Assembly: GCA_964187785.1 (NCBI GenBank)
Contig: CAXLNC010001480.1
Coordinates: 1 to 64,000, forward strand
Origin: Amphiscolops sp. MND2022
Lineage: Eukaryota
Length of the DNA stretch: 64,000 nt
Direction: 5' to 3'
A program made the translations under genes and the position numbers. Below are positions 34,150-48,469 of this stretch, piece by piece (within the stretch, counting starts at the first letter, position 1; each line of letters begins with the position of its first letter). The notes under the pieces are model-generated. The model was not told where the DNA came from and ran no database searches. It saw nothing but the letters and a program-made list of their open reading frames with translations.

Positions 34150-37100
34150 CAAAAAACTATCCGCATGAAAAAATGTAATAGACGAAAGAAACATTGACTT
34201 CTTAGAAAAAGTAGTTTCATCGGAAGAAACAACAGATGTGATAAAACGGTGGCGAAAACATGATGGAGCTATGGTTTTTCCGACTCTCGTAAACAAAATT
34301 GGAAAATCACAAACCGAAGTTGTTTCGGGGGAGACGAATGTCGTGAAGGAAAACCTCAGCGAAATCATTACAAGACACAAGTTTTATGAGCCTCAAAAGT
34401 CTAATTGAAACCCTCAAATGATTGACAAGGGAAAGAACTTTCATCGACCCTTGATGTATTTGTTTTAGTCTTATTATTACCTTTTGTATGTTTGGAAATT
34501 TCTGAAGACTTTAGGATTTTTATTATTTGGTAATATAGGAAGAGTTTGTTTACAGGTTTTCATTAATCCTAATACGACTTATAGAGATTTCTAGTAAACT
34601 ACCCCATTATAAGGAGTATTTATATTAGTGTCAAGTAAAAGTTATACTATTTCCGCAGTAATCATATAGAAAAATAGTACTTTTTATACTCAAAAAGGAT
34701 CTAATTTTCACAAATAGTGTTTCTTTTACAAATCTTCAGTATTTTTATAAACAACAGATGATGTTGTGAATTCAATGAAATTGCGTTTGCAGTCGTCTCA
34801 GCGATTCACTGATTCTCAGTTATTTAACTGAAATGTTTTAAATACACAATTACAATACTTTTAATTGACAAGTTGTATATTTTGATCTGTGAAATTGTTT
34901 AGGAAATTCGATGCCGTCTCTTGCTTATTGTCCTTTCTACTCTTTACAAACTTATCATTTTTCGTCAGAAGTAATTTAAATGTTCCTACGACAATAATCA
35001 GATCAAGATCTGAGTAATTGACCATAGTTATTTCTTTGTAAATAGTTGAATGCATTACAATGTTCGGAAACCAGTTTATTCAAAATTTTTGTTGCCGTGG
35101 GAATTACAAGGTTCGAACACGAAGTTTTTCAAGTTTTTCAAGGCACTGGCAATTACAATGTTGAAATACTGAATTATTTAGGGTTTGCACTTTATTGAAT
35201 AACATCTGAATATCATAGGATATTTCATCAGACCAAATGCAATGTCATTGGCTGGGATACTATCAAAATAATAAAACATTGGATACTATTATTGAATTAA
35301 AGAATTCTCAGGAAACTCACAAGTTCAATTGGGAAGCCTGTTATGACTAAATTGTGAGCGTATTAGGATTTTCAATTGGAAGAATTAAGATAATTTTTGT
35401 GAGTTTCAGTATAACTAATAAAGTGGGGAGAATTTTTGATGCAATTGTTTACGATTTATATTGAAACCTGAAACCTATAAAGTCTAATGAAACTTGATGA
35501 GTTTACCATGTGGAAGCAAGTAGAAAATGTACCAGTATAACTTATACTTCAAAGCGAATTAGCCTGCAATGTTTTTGCGAACTTTGTAAGTTGTGTCTTG
35601 TAATGCTTATTAGCAGACTGGAAAAGGCTGCCGTAGAAAGTAGAAACGGGCCACCACAAAAGCGAAAAAAAACTTTCCCGACTTGCAGTTATCATCTTTC
35701 AGAATTTACCAGGGAGATCATCACACAACAACAGACTGTACGGACTTTATCAAACTACCAAGGACAAGATTAACAACCGGATTCATCATAATTGAAGAGA
35801 CAGCCTACACCAATTCGAAGGAGGAGGAGAAGTTTCTATAGACTCGGAGCGAACACTATCAGTACTGGACGTACGAACTAAAAACACGTCGGGATAAAAT
35901 GCGTGCAACATTATGAAATGAGACACGCCCCGAAATTACAAGTCACGGAATTTAACATCCGGTGTTCTGAGTACAGCGTCATGAAATGGAAAAAGAATTT
36001 TCCCTCGAGTTTTGACTTTTAAGACGGAATTAGGAATCTACCCAAGACTGGAACTTATACAATAACATATGATGCTGCATCATAAAAGCCACTCAGTGGT
36101 CATCGATAAGATTAAGATGACTCTGTCCGCAAGACACATCTGATTTCCTAAGCTAACGGTTGAAAATCAGGAAGCGCGAAAACTGTGTACCCTATAAGTA
36201 CTATAAGTATAATGTGTCCTGAGATAGAACATTGAACCTAAAATACAAAAACGGAATCAAAACAGTTTACCATTCTTTTAAGCATCGAATGAACAAATCA
36301 AATTGCACCTACTACTGTAAATTCTTTACTCGCTTGCAAAAACTGCCAAGAGAGTGGCTATTGAAAGCCAATGCCTTCTCGGTACTTCATACTGTTGGTA
36401 TTCCGTTGAGTTGAAAGTATCGTTGCAAAAATTTCACCTCAGTTTTTTCGTCCGTGGTTTTGCAACGAATGGCCGCCGGCCACTCACTGTGACCGTCAAT
36501 AGAGAGTAAATTACCTTCTTTTGACGTGTAAATTGAGTGGCCGGCGACCGTTCATTGCAAAACAGCGGACGAAAAACTGCAGTGGCGTTTTTTACATACT
36601 ACTTTCAACTCTATGGAATACCAACAGTAATACGTACCGAGAAGGCGTTGGCTTGCTTTCACTGGCCATTCTCTTGGCAATTTGTGCAAGAACCACTATA
36701 TCTCGCTAGCATACGTGACACATAGGTCCGTACTCGAACGGGCCTAGTTAAACGTACACTCAAAGAAAACCTATTAACTAATAGTAAAGCGGAAGAACCA
36801 TTTGGAACATCGCTTGATCTGACAACGAACCTAAAGCGAACCTCTCCTTGGACCAAACTGAAAATTGAAACACTGGGCCGAGTGGATCGTATGGAAGGTT
36901 CGCAAAGAAAGAACCATTCAACTACGGATACACACAAGGAACCGTTTAGCACACCAAAGGAGTGCTGATTACTGGAGGACCATTTCGACAACATCACTGA
37001 AACAACGGTAACAAACCGTGAAGGCATTTTTTAGACGACGTCCACGTTTAATGTGGAACCTTCAGCGACAAGTTTTCCAGAAAAACTACTATGGAAACAA

Positions 37101-37620
37101 TCGTCTCCCTTACCCTAAACAGAGTCCAAAATTCTGTTCTCGACATACACCAAGCAAAACAAGATGCACAGTACTCAGAACAACAAACACAAATCAATTA
37201 TGAAAACGGTAAATGAGTCACTAAGAGTTCGTTCTTAATAAAAGAGAGAGATTAAACATGATCTATTAGATTTGGAAAGAGGTAGCAATCTAAGTTCTTG
37301 CACACAACAAGAAAAAAGACCACAGTTAAAAACAGGCTTCTTTGGTCAAAAAGATTAAAGCGAACAAACCTAATAGTTAGACGAAGTACATCATTCAACG
37401 AAAATGATTACAAAAGCAGCAACTACGACCAAAAAACCGGCCAAGAAACGTGAGAATCCCTCAACGGGGAATCAATCAGCAACCCACGGAGTCCAGGATA
37501 GCAAGAAAATGACGGTGAACGGATTACCGACCACAACGAATACGACAGTCCCGGACACCCATTGGAGGCTTCTACCCCCGTAGCAGAAGTGGAAATGAAG
37601 AGCAACAGCAATCCTAATCA
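34150..37620 (+). pseudogene. Heavily degenerate gypsy gag/integrase remnants
   Basis: EETTDVIKRWRK (gag-like, ~34225); WPATVHCKTADEKTAVAFFTYYFQLYGIPTVIRTEKA and GLVKRT (integrase-like, 36540-36760). Confidence 0.55.
36333..36690. repeat. Fold-back inverted repeat of integrase sequence
   Basis: 36333-36486 is the reverse complement (~80% by eye) of 36534-36690; weaker symmetry continues to a centre near 36510. Confidence 0.85.
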
Positions 37621-37972
37621 AAACTGTTGACAAACAAGTACAGACACCTTTGCTATTTTTGTTTATACACCAATTATCTTTATTGATTGGTGTCCTCGTG
37701 TAAAATGTTCATACGTAAACGTTGACAATAAGCTTAACATTAGTCTCATATCTGTTCCAATTGACTTATCTCATTATAAATGATTTATATAGAAACATTG
37801 CAACACAGCATGTTTTCTATGAAATCTCATTTTTATGTCTTCTCGATAAATGCGTACTGGCAGCTTTTTCTGTGTGTGTTCTTTCAAAATGCTTGTCATT
37901 GGTTTGCAGAACTTTGGTAGAATTAGCTTTTCTGACAGGTCACCAATGTCAATCGAAATCCGCGTCAAAAAC

Positions 37973-40900
37973 TGTTACGATTTTGGGTAGAATTGCAGTT
38001 CTGTCGACTATAAAATTCTAGAGTTTTGCTGGGGTGATAAAAATTTCTACATTCTTTCTCCGGAACAAGTTAGTATTCCTTATCACTGAATTCTCCTGTT
38101 TTTGGTTTCAACAACTTCAAGAGCTCGTTTTCATATTCCAAGAGAAAGTCTCTTATTTCTGAAGTTACCTCTTCTTTCAAAGACGTTCTTGGTCTCTCCA
38201 GAGCGCTGTTCTCAACTTTGGACGACTTCGCTCTGGAAGGGCGCGGAAGCATGACGTCCGTCTCACCTAAATCTACGTTTAAAACTAAACTAGGGAAACT
38301 ATAGCTTTACTTGCGTTCTTTTCTGCAGATGTATTCTTCTAATTTGACTTCTTGTAGACATCTTGTTGAAACAATTCTCGGTATGACTATTCTGAATCGA
38401 AACTTCGAATTTTGAGATTTTCACATGCAAAGTACGACCCAAAGGTTTGAACGAATGCAATTATTTATTTATTGGTATGTATATCTTCTTAGCATCATCT
38501 GGTCACATCGTGGCACCCTTAATTTCTTCGAATAACCAGTCGTTTTTTAAATTTTTGGAACAAAGTTCATGTAGAATTTCCTAATTACTTGTATATTTCG
38601 TCAACGTTCAAGACACAAAATTGTCAGTCCGATAATAGTCATCACACAAGATACTCACATGTTATTCCGGCGTCCAATTGCTTTCCTCTCAAGCAGGAAG
38701 TTTAATCCACCTCAGTCGTTCAAACCGGAAGTGTTTCCTTGATTTACTACTTTGATTCGCGAGAAAATTGACGCTGGCGTGAACAAGTAATATCTGATTT
38801 TGAATTTCATTTTGGGAAATCGTGACCAATTCTCTTGATTTGATCAAATTGATGTGCTTTGAAAGAAGAGCGTCACTGATCTGTTATCGGTCATGACGAG
38901 CGTTAGCAGCGTTGCTTCCCACAAGATGTGGCTGGATTCTAAAAATGCGTGATAGATCGCGAGAAAATTTTTGCACTAGACTGACAATTTTAGTCGAGCT
39001 GGTGAGAACACTTTTGATCTGAAAGATAGTTGTGCGAAAAGTTTTTTTTAGAGTTAGGCTTTTCTAACCTTTTCCGTCAATCATTAGCGCATACCTTGAG
39101 CCGCAAAAGCTGGGGTACGTCATCAAGACGTACTGCTGTCCTGTGATTGGTTGCAGGAGAGCCGATCTGCAAGCTTCTGCCATCGCTGCGTTGCTCGCTT
39201 TATAAATGTCTAGTGCGTCTTCTGTGTTCTTTATTCGTTTGTCCTTTTTTAAAAGTTCGTGGAAACCAAGTTCGTCAGTCCATTATTGAAACTATTTTTG
39301 TGTTTCATGTTTTGAGTTGTACTTATAAATTGCAGTGAACTTTTGTCGTCAGTGCCAGACTTCTGTTGGTATTCCATAACACTTTAAGGCTTTGCAATGC
39401 GAGTATAATAGGTGGGGGATCCTATATGGTATTTGCTCTCGCGTCCACTCTTAACCCGGAACTCAGGTCCGGTGTAACTAGATTTGTGGTTCTTCCTTGG
39501 TGGTTGTTGTCCTTGATGGAGTTGAAAGTGACACTTTGGTCTGGGATCAATGACTGCATTGGCTGCGTTCCAACAATCCTCTGTTTTATGAGGTTTGCCG
39601 AATGTATTGCATTTGGGTTCGTAGCCAGCGCAGTTGCTATTTGGACCGTTGTTTTTCCTTGTTGGTTGCTTTTTGTCTCTGCCTTAAAATGGCCAAAGTT
39701 GTTGCAATAAAAGCAGTATCTCTTTTTGGTTTTCTAGCTGTTGTCTTCCGTGGGATTTTGTTTCTTCGGAGGCTAGGCTGGTTCGATTTTGTTCAATGGG
39801 ACGAGTGTGTGCCCAATCCATTGAACCTCATCTCAAGTTCTAGGTGGAGAACGATATCGTTGTTTGGCCTATCTTCCAGCAATGCCGTTTTGAGATTCTT
39901 TTTGACGTAATAAGGCATTTTGGCGTACATGGCCGCCTTGTTTATAATTTGTTATGTTCGCACCGAGAGCCTCATTGGCGGTTTTCTGCAAGAGATACGA
40001 GAACTCGTGCAGTTTTTCTGCAGTAGGATCGAATTTGAGCGCATTTCATTCGCATCTTGCTCGTGCCATGGGCAGGAAGTCGTCAAAGCTCCGTTTAATT
40101 GCCGTTATTATCTTTTCGATGGAACCTTCGTTGGTATCATCCAAAATTTGAAATGCTTGTCAAGCATGCCCTCGGAGGAACGGCTAGAAGTAGTTTATTT
40201 TATGGAGTTCGGGGAGATGCGGGTACATTTTTTGTTGTTTCGGAAAAGGTCTTCAAACCACTCGAACTACTGCAGTTTTCCTGAAGTTGGTAGTGACGCT
40301 GCTAGCAACTTTGCCATTGGAAAAGTTGGATTTTCACTCAATTCTGGGGCGAAAAGTGGTTTCGCTGCTGTGGTGCGTTTTTTTGACGCAGGATGACGTT
40401 GCGATTGGACTTTTGACTTCTTTTGGTGGTTTTTGGATCCAGTTATAATTCCTGTCACCATGTTACGACATTGGGTAGAGCCACAGATTTGGGGTGATTG
40501 TTTTTGGGTGTTTTGGTAGGAGTACAGAATTTTCTGACTGTTTTGCTCCGGAACAAGTTTGTTTTCTTTATCACTAGTTACTCCTGTTTTAGGTTTCAAT
40601 ATCTTCAAGAGCTCGTTTTGATATTCCAGGAGCAAGTCCTTTATTTCTGAAGTTACCTCTTTTTTCAAAGACGTTCGTGGTCTTTCCAAAGCCCTGTTCT
40701 CAACTCTGGACGACTTCGCTCTGGACGCACCTGCAACCTTGACGTTTGTCTCACCTAAATCTACGTTTTCAATTGATTCACTTACGTTCTCGATGCTTTC
40801 CTGCAGATTTATTCTTCTTTTTTGACTTCTTGTAAACATCGTGTTGAAAGGATTCTTAGTTTGATTGTTCGGAATCAAAAATTCGAGTTTTAGGTTTTCC

Positions 40901-41375
40901 ACGTTCAAAATAAGAGGCAAAGTTTTGAATGAATTCACTTACAAGTTGATAGGCATGTATACCCTCCTAACATCATCTGATCACATCGACGTACCCTTAT
41001 TTTTTAGAATAACCAGTTTTTGCCGTTATGTTTGGCACAAATCTGATATATATTTCCAAATTACCTTGATATTTTGTCAACATTTGAGACACGAAGTCAT
41101 TAGTAGGATTTTATTCGTCACACATCGTCACACATTTAAGATCATCATATTTCATTCCGGCGTCCACTTGTTTCCTCTCAAGCAGGAACCTGATTTCATT
41201 TCAGTCTCTCAAAGTGGAAAAGTTTCGCCGTTTTACTACTTTGATTCGCAAGAAATTTGACGCGGAGAAAACGCTGGCGTGAACAACTAATACCTGATTT
41301 TGAAATTCATATTGGGAAGTTATGACCAATTTTATTGATTTGATCGAATTGATGATGCGAGGAGAGAAAACGTTC
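37973..41375 (-). mobile_element. Old gag-only gypsy derivative related to 8768-24443; right end truncated
   Basis: Diverged LTR copies start TGTTACGA at 37973 and 40461; PBS TGGTGACAGG at 40451-40460 matches the large element; gag remnant FEDLFRNN, YAKMP, CNTFGKPHKTEDCWNAAN; no pol found. Confidence 0.8.
39500..40839 (-). pseudogene. gag: gag remnant beginning inside the LTR (MFTRSQKRR...CRN|MVTG)
   Basis: ORF 40267-40938 plus frameshifted downstream segments resembling gag at 21334-22727. Confidence 0.75.
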
Positions 41376-42359
41376 AGTAAACATTACAATGAACATTTAA
41401 ATTCTTAGGCTGAATAGAATACATAAATATTGCCACATGAAACGACGAAGTGACAGTGCCAGCCAAATAACAACACATTAACATTACCCGTGTATAAAAC
41501 TTATATGCGGTAACTATAAAATAAACAAAACATAAATAGAACAAACGATAATATTAGTTATCGTTTAGAGTATTTGGTAGTTAACGGGTGGAAGGTCTGA
41601 TAGTAAATTGCTCAATTTAGGCAAAGTGAGCAACAGTTATTTAAAAATAGTCTTGAAATGAGCACAAACAACATTAGGGAAATGTAGCGACATGATTGCG
41701 TTTACTGGGTACCAAACTTTACTTTGGGAATGCTTATTAAACCAACACTTTCATGAAGTGTTCCCACCGAGGAATTTACCGCACTCCAAACAGCACTTGA
41801 GTTTTGATAGAGTACATCAATGGTAATAATATTAATTGAACTTGTAAATGAAATGTGACGTCTATTTGCGATCTATTTGAATGTTTGTTTTTTAATATAG
41901 GCCTTCAAAACACGTTAATTTCCTATTCAAAATGATTTCAACCTTGTAAGATGAAAAGTGGACGCAAAGATACAAATTCCCTACATTCTTACTAATCTTC
42001 GACGTAAACGGGACGTAAAGTTCTCTAGTTTCAACTTCTATTTCTTTCTCAAAATAATGATCTTTTATATAACGTTATAATACTTTTAACGTAACAACGC
42101 AGCGGAAAAGTGTGAATACATTTTATTTTGTTCATTTTCAGTATTTAATTTCTTTAAAAGTAATACTAGCTGAAACGCTTGTTTGTATCAATTTGCGACA
42201 AGTGTTGATGAGCTTTTTATGCCAAGCCAAGGCATAATCTTTCAATATATATTTATATATACCCTAGTTGAGAATGCTGTGAAGTTTTGTAAGCACATGA
42301 ATAAAATGCAGGCTAATTTTTGATAAAACATAGAAAAATCAGGGACCCTGCAAGGAAAA

Positions 42360-42460
42360 TTTTGTAAAAACTTCCCTGCATCTTGGAAAATCTTGGAAAA
42401 CTTCCCTGCATCTTAGAAAATCTTGGAAAACTTTCCTGCATTTTGCAAAAACTTGGAAAA
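42360..42460. repeat. Short tandem repeat (~30 bp x3, AAAACTTCCCTGCATCTTGGAAAATCTTGG)
   Basis: Direct inspection. Confidence 0.8.
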
Positions 42461-42696
42461 GAATCCACTAAGCCTCGACAAAAAATCTTCAGCAAAAATC
42501 CTGAAAAAGTTGCAATTTTTGTAATTTTTGATCTCTCAATCTTTTAGTTCTCTCAAAGAAATTTATTTCTCACAAAAAGGTCCTCTTCTCGCAACCTGAT
42601 AAGAGCTGAGAAAAAACTGAATTGGAACTAAAAGAAAATTAAAAAGCTAGTGAACATCTACAAATCAACATTATGCAAAATCAAAGTCCAAAAAAA

Positions 42697-45600
42697 ATTC
42701 GGAGTTGTTTCGAGGAAGCCGAGACCCAGAACACTTGTATCCCATACAGAACACTAAAAGCTCCTCCAATGGTTTCGTACCAGATGCCACACAATTTTCA
42801 TCTTTTTCCGGTCACAACGTCTGAAACGAAAAATGGTTATTCCTTGACACACCGAGGAGTTGGGAAGGACATATCGAAAAAACAACAGCGGAAAAAAACT
42901 CGAGAACTAGAAATTGCAATCACATGGTTCTTTTTCTTCAGTTTTTCAAGAACTGGGGACACTAAAACGCTAGAATTGGCAACAACTTTCTGGGAGCGAA
43001 ACCCTACATTTTCGAAAAGGTTTCTGAAAACACTAAAAACTTATAGTGAAGAGCCAAAAAATATTCAAATCTTCGAAAAATTGAGACCTTTCAATGTTGT
43101 TTTGACGAAGCAGAGACCCAGAACATTTGTATCCCATCCCATACAGAACACATCAGGTGCGAGATAGCTCCTCCAATGGTTTCGTACCAGATGCCACACA
43201 ATTTTCATCTTTTTCCGGACACAACGTCTGAAACGAAAAATGGTTATTCCTTGACACACCGAGGAGTTGGGAAGGACATATCGAAAAAACAACAGCGGAA
43301 AAAAACTCGAGAACTAGAAATTGCAATCACATGGTTCTTTTTCTTCAGTTTTTCAAGAACTGGGGACACTAAAACGCTAGAATTGGCAACAACTTTCTGG
43401 GAGCGAAACCCTACATTTTCGAAAAGGTTTCTGAAAACACTAAAAACTTATAGTGAAGAGCCAAAAAATATTCAAATCTTCGAAAAATTGAGACCTTTCA
43501 ATGTTGTTTTGACGAAGCAGAGACCCAGAACACTTGTATCCCATCCCATACAGAACACATCAGGTGCGAGATAGCTCCTCCAATGGTTTCGTACCAGATG
43601 CCACACAATTTTCATCTTTTTCCGGACACAACGTCTGAAACGAAAAATGGTTATTCCTTGACACACCGAGGAGTTGGGAAGGACATATCGAAAAAACAAC
43701 AGCGGAAAAAAACTCGAGAACTAGAAATTGCAATCACATGGTTCTTTTTCTTCAGTTTTTCAAGAACTGGGGACACTAAAACGCTAGAATTGGCAACAAC
43801 TTTCTGGGAGCGAAACCCTACATTTTCGAAAAGGTTTCTGAAAACACTAAAAACTTATAGTGAAGAGCCAAAAAATATTCAAATCTTCGAAAAATTGAGA
43901 CCTTTCAATGTTGTTTTGACGAAGCAGAGACCCAGAACACTTGTATCCCATCCCATACAGAACACATCAGGTGCGAGATAGCTCCTCCAATGGTTTCGTA
44001 CCAGATGCCACACAATTTTCATCTTTTTCCGGACACAACGTCTGAAACGAAAAATGGTTATTCCTTGACACACCGAGGAGTTGGGAAGGACATATCGAAA
44101 AAACAACAGCGGAAAAAAACTCGAGAACTAGAAATTGCAATCACATGATTCTTTTTCTTCAGTTTTTCAAGAACTGGGGACACTAAAACGCTAGATTTGG
44201 CAACAACTTTCTGGGAGCGAAACCCTACATTTTCGAAAAGGTTTCTGAAAACACTAAAAACTTATAGTGAAGAGCCAAAAAATATTCAAATCTTCGAAAA
44301 ATTGAGACCTTTCTATGTTGTTTTGACGAAGCAGAGACCCAGAACACTTGTATCCCTTCCCATACAGAACACATCAGGTGCCAGAGATAGCTCCTCCAAT
44401 GGTTTCGTACCAGATGCCACACAATTTTCATCTTTATCGAAGACAACGTCTGAAACAAAAAGTGGTTATTCGTTGACACCACGAGAGATTAGGAAGTACA
44501 TCAAAAAAACAACAGCGGAAAAAAACTCTAAAACTAGAAATTTCTTTTTCATGATCTTTTTTTTGAGTTTTTCACGAACTGGGAACACTAAAACGCTACA
44601 TTTGACAACAGCTTTTTTCGAGTGAAAGGCTACGTTTCCGAAAAATTTTCTGAAAACACTAAAAACTTATAGTGAAGAGCGAAAAAACATTCAAATTATC
44701 AAAAAAATTGAGACCTTTCGGCGTTGTTTTGAGGAAGCCGAGACCCAGAACACTTGTATCCCATACAGAACACATTAGGTGCCAGAGATAGCTCCTCCAA
44801 TGGTTTCGTACCAGATGCCACACAATTTTCATCTTTATCGAAGACAACGTCTGAAACAAAAACTGGTTATTCGTTGACACCACGAGGGATTAGGAAGGAT
44901 ATTTCGAAAAACAACTGAGGAAAAAAACTCGAGAACTAGAAATTGCAATCACGTGGTTCTTGTTTCTTCAGTTTTTCAAAAACTGGAGACACTAAAACGC
45001 TAGATTTGGCAACAACTTTTTTCGAGCTACGTTTTCGAAAAATTTTCTGAAAACACTAAAACCTTATAGTGAACAGCAAAAAAATTCAAATTCTCAAAAA
45101 ATTGAGACCTTTCGAATTTGTTCTGAGGAAGCCGAGATTCAGAACACTGGTTTCCCATACAGAACACATCGGGTGCGAGATAGCTCCTCTAGTAGTTTCG
45201 TACCAGATGCTACAGACACTCCATGTTTTTCCGGAAACAACGTCTGAAACAAAAACTGGTTATTCATTGACACCACGAGGAGTTGGGAAGGACATATCGA
45301 AAAAACAACAGCGGAAAAAAACTCGAGAACTAGAAATTGCAATCACATGATTCTTTTTCTTCAGTTTTTCAAGAACTGGGGACACTAAAACGCTAGATTT
45401 GCCAACAATTTTCTGGGTGCGAAACCCTACATTTTCGGAAAGGTTTCTGAAAACACTAAAAACTTATAGTGAAGAGCCTAAAAATACTCAAATCTTCAAA
45501 AAATTGAGACCTTTCAATGTTGTTTTGACGAAGCAGAGACCCAGAACACTTGTATCCCATCCCATACAGAACAAATCAGGTGTGAGATAGCTCCTCCAAT

Positions 45601-48464
45601 GGTTTCGTACCAGATGCCACACAAACTCCATCTTTTCCAGACACAAAGTCTGAAACAAAAAGTGGTTATTCCTTCCACCGAGGAGTTAGGAAAGACATTA
45701 AAAAAACAAGAGCGGAAAAAAACTCGAGGACTAGATATTACATCTCCATGATTCTTTGAGTTTTTGAAAAACTGGCGACGCTAAAATGCTATACTTGACA
45801 ACAGCTTTTTTCGAGCGAAAGGCTACGTTTTCGACAAGATTCTAAAAACACTAAAAACTTATGGTGAAGAGCCGAAAAACATTCAAATCTTCCAAAAATT
45901 GAGACCTTTCGATGTTGTTTTGAGGAAACCGAGACCCAGAACGCTTGTATCCTATACAAAACACATCAGATGCCAAGATTGCTTCTCTAGTAGTTTCGTA
46001 CCAGATGCTACAGACACTCCATCTTTTTCCGAAAACAACGTCTGAAACAAAAACTGGTTATTCATTGACACCACGAGGAGTTGGGAAGGACACATCGAAA
46101 AAACAACAGCGGAAAAAAACTCGAGAACTAGAAATTGCAATCACATGATTCTTTTTCTTCAGTTTTTCAAGAACTGGGGACACTAAAACGCTAGATTTGG
46201 CAACAACTTTCTGGGAGCGAAACCCTACATTTTCGAAAAGGTTTCTGAAAACACTAAAAACTTATATTGAAGAGCCAAAAAACATTCAAATCTTCGAAAA
46301 TTTAAGACCTTTCAATGTTGTTTTGAGTGAGCAGAGACCCAGAATACTTGTATCCCATACAGAACACATCAGGTGCGAGATAGCTCCTCCAATGGTTTCG
46401 TACCAGATGCCACACAAACTCCATCTTTTCCAAACACAACGTCTGAAACAAAAAATGGTTATTCCTTGACACACCGGGGAGTTAGGAAAGACATTAAAAA
46501 AACAACAGCGGAAAAAAACTCGAGGACTAGATATTACATCTCCATGATTCTTTGAGTTTTTGAAAAACTGGCGACGCTAAAATGCTATACTTGACAACAG
46601 CTTTTTTCGAGCGAAAGGCTACGTTTTCGACAAGATTCTAAAAACACTAAAAACTTATGGTGAAGAGCCGAAAAACATTCAAATCTTCCAAAAATTGAGA
46701 CCTTTCGATGTTGTTTTGAGGAAACCGAGACCCAGAACGCTTGTATCCTATACAAAACACATCAGATGCCAAGATTGCTTCTCTAGTAGTTTCGTACCAG
46801 ATGCTACAGACACTCCATCTTTTTCCGAAAACAACGTCTGAAACAAAAACTGGTTATTCATTGACACCACGAGGAGTTGGGAAGGACACATCGAAAAAAC
46901 AACAGCGGAAAAAAACTCGAGAACTAGAAATTGCAATCACATGATTCTTTTTCTTCAGTTTTTCAAGAACTGGGGACACTAAAACGCTAGATTTGGCAAC
47001 AACTTTCTGGGAGCGAAACCCTACATTTTCGAAAAGGTTTCTGAAAACACTAAAAACTTATAGTGAAGAGCCAAAAAACATTCAAATCTTCGAAAATTTA
47101 AGACCTTTCAATGTTGTTTTGAGTGAGCAGAGACCCAGAATACTTGTATCCCATACAGAACACATCAGGTGCGAGATAGCTCCTCCAATGGTTTCGTACC
47201 AGATGCCACACAAACTCCATCTTTTCCAAACACAACGTCTGAAACAAAAAATGGTTATTCCTTGACACACCGGGGAGTTAGGAAAGACATTAAAAAAACA
47301 ACAGCGGAAAAAAACTCGAGGACTAGATATTACATCTCCATGATTCTTTGAGTTTTTGAAAAACTGGAGACGCTAAAATGCTATATTTGACAACAGCTTT
47401 TTTCGAGCGAAAAGCTACGTTTTCGACAAGATTCTAAAAACACTAAAAACTTATGGTGAAGAGCCAAAAAACATTCAAATCTTCCAAAAATTGAGACCTT
47501 TCGATGTTGTTTTGAGGAAACCGAGACCCAGAACGCTTGTATCCCATACAAAACACATCAGATGCCAAGATTGCTTCTCTAGTAGTTTCGTACCAGATGC
47601 TACAGACACTCCATCTTTTTCCGAAAACAACGTCTGAAACAAAAACTGGTTATTCATTGACACCACGAGGAGTTGGGAAGGACACATCGAAAAAACAACA
47701 GCGGAAAAAAACTCGAGAACTAGAAATTGCAATCACATGATTCTTTTTCTTCAGTTTTTCAAGAACTGGGGACACTAAAACGCTAGATTTGGCAACAACT
47801 TTCTGGGAGCGAAACCCTACATTTTCGAAAAGGTTTCTGAAAACACTAAAAACTTATAGTGAAGAGCCAAAAAACATTCAAATCTTCGAAAATTCAAGAC
47901 CTTTCAATGTTGTTTTGAGGAAGCAGAGACCCAGAATACTTGTATCCCATACAGAACACATCAGGTGCCAGAGATAGCTCCTCCAATGGTTTCGTACCAG
48001 ATGCCACACAAACTCCATCTTTTTCCGGACACAACGTCTGAAACGAAAAATGGTTATTCCTTGACACACCGAGGAGTTAGGAAAGACATATCAAAAAAAC
48101 AACGGCGGAAAAAACTAGAACTAGAAATTACTATTCTATGTTTCTTTTTTGAGTTTTTGAAAAACTTGAGAACACCGCACGCTACAATTGACACTTTTGA
48201 GCGAAAGGCATTGTTTTTGAAAACAGCAGAAAAAACTCTAGAACTAGAAATTACTTTTCCATGCTTCTTTTTTGAGTTTTTCAAGAACTGGGAACACTAA
48301 AACGCTACATTTGACAACAGCTTTTTTCGAGCGAAAGGCTACGTTTTCGAAAAATTTTCTGAAAACACTAAAAACTTATAGTGAAGGGCCAAAAAACATT
48401 CAAATTATCAAAAAATTGAGACCTTTCGGAGTTGTTTTGAGGAAGCCGAAGCCCAGAACACTTG
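42697..48464. repeat. Satellite array, ~390-407-bp monomers (~14 units), with a 796-bp dimeric higher-order block
   Basis: Repeated ORF starts at 43176/43583 (407-bp period) and 45945/46741/47537 (796-bp period). Confidence 0.97.
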
Positions 48465-48469
48465 AATCG

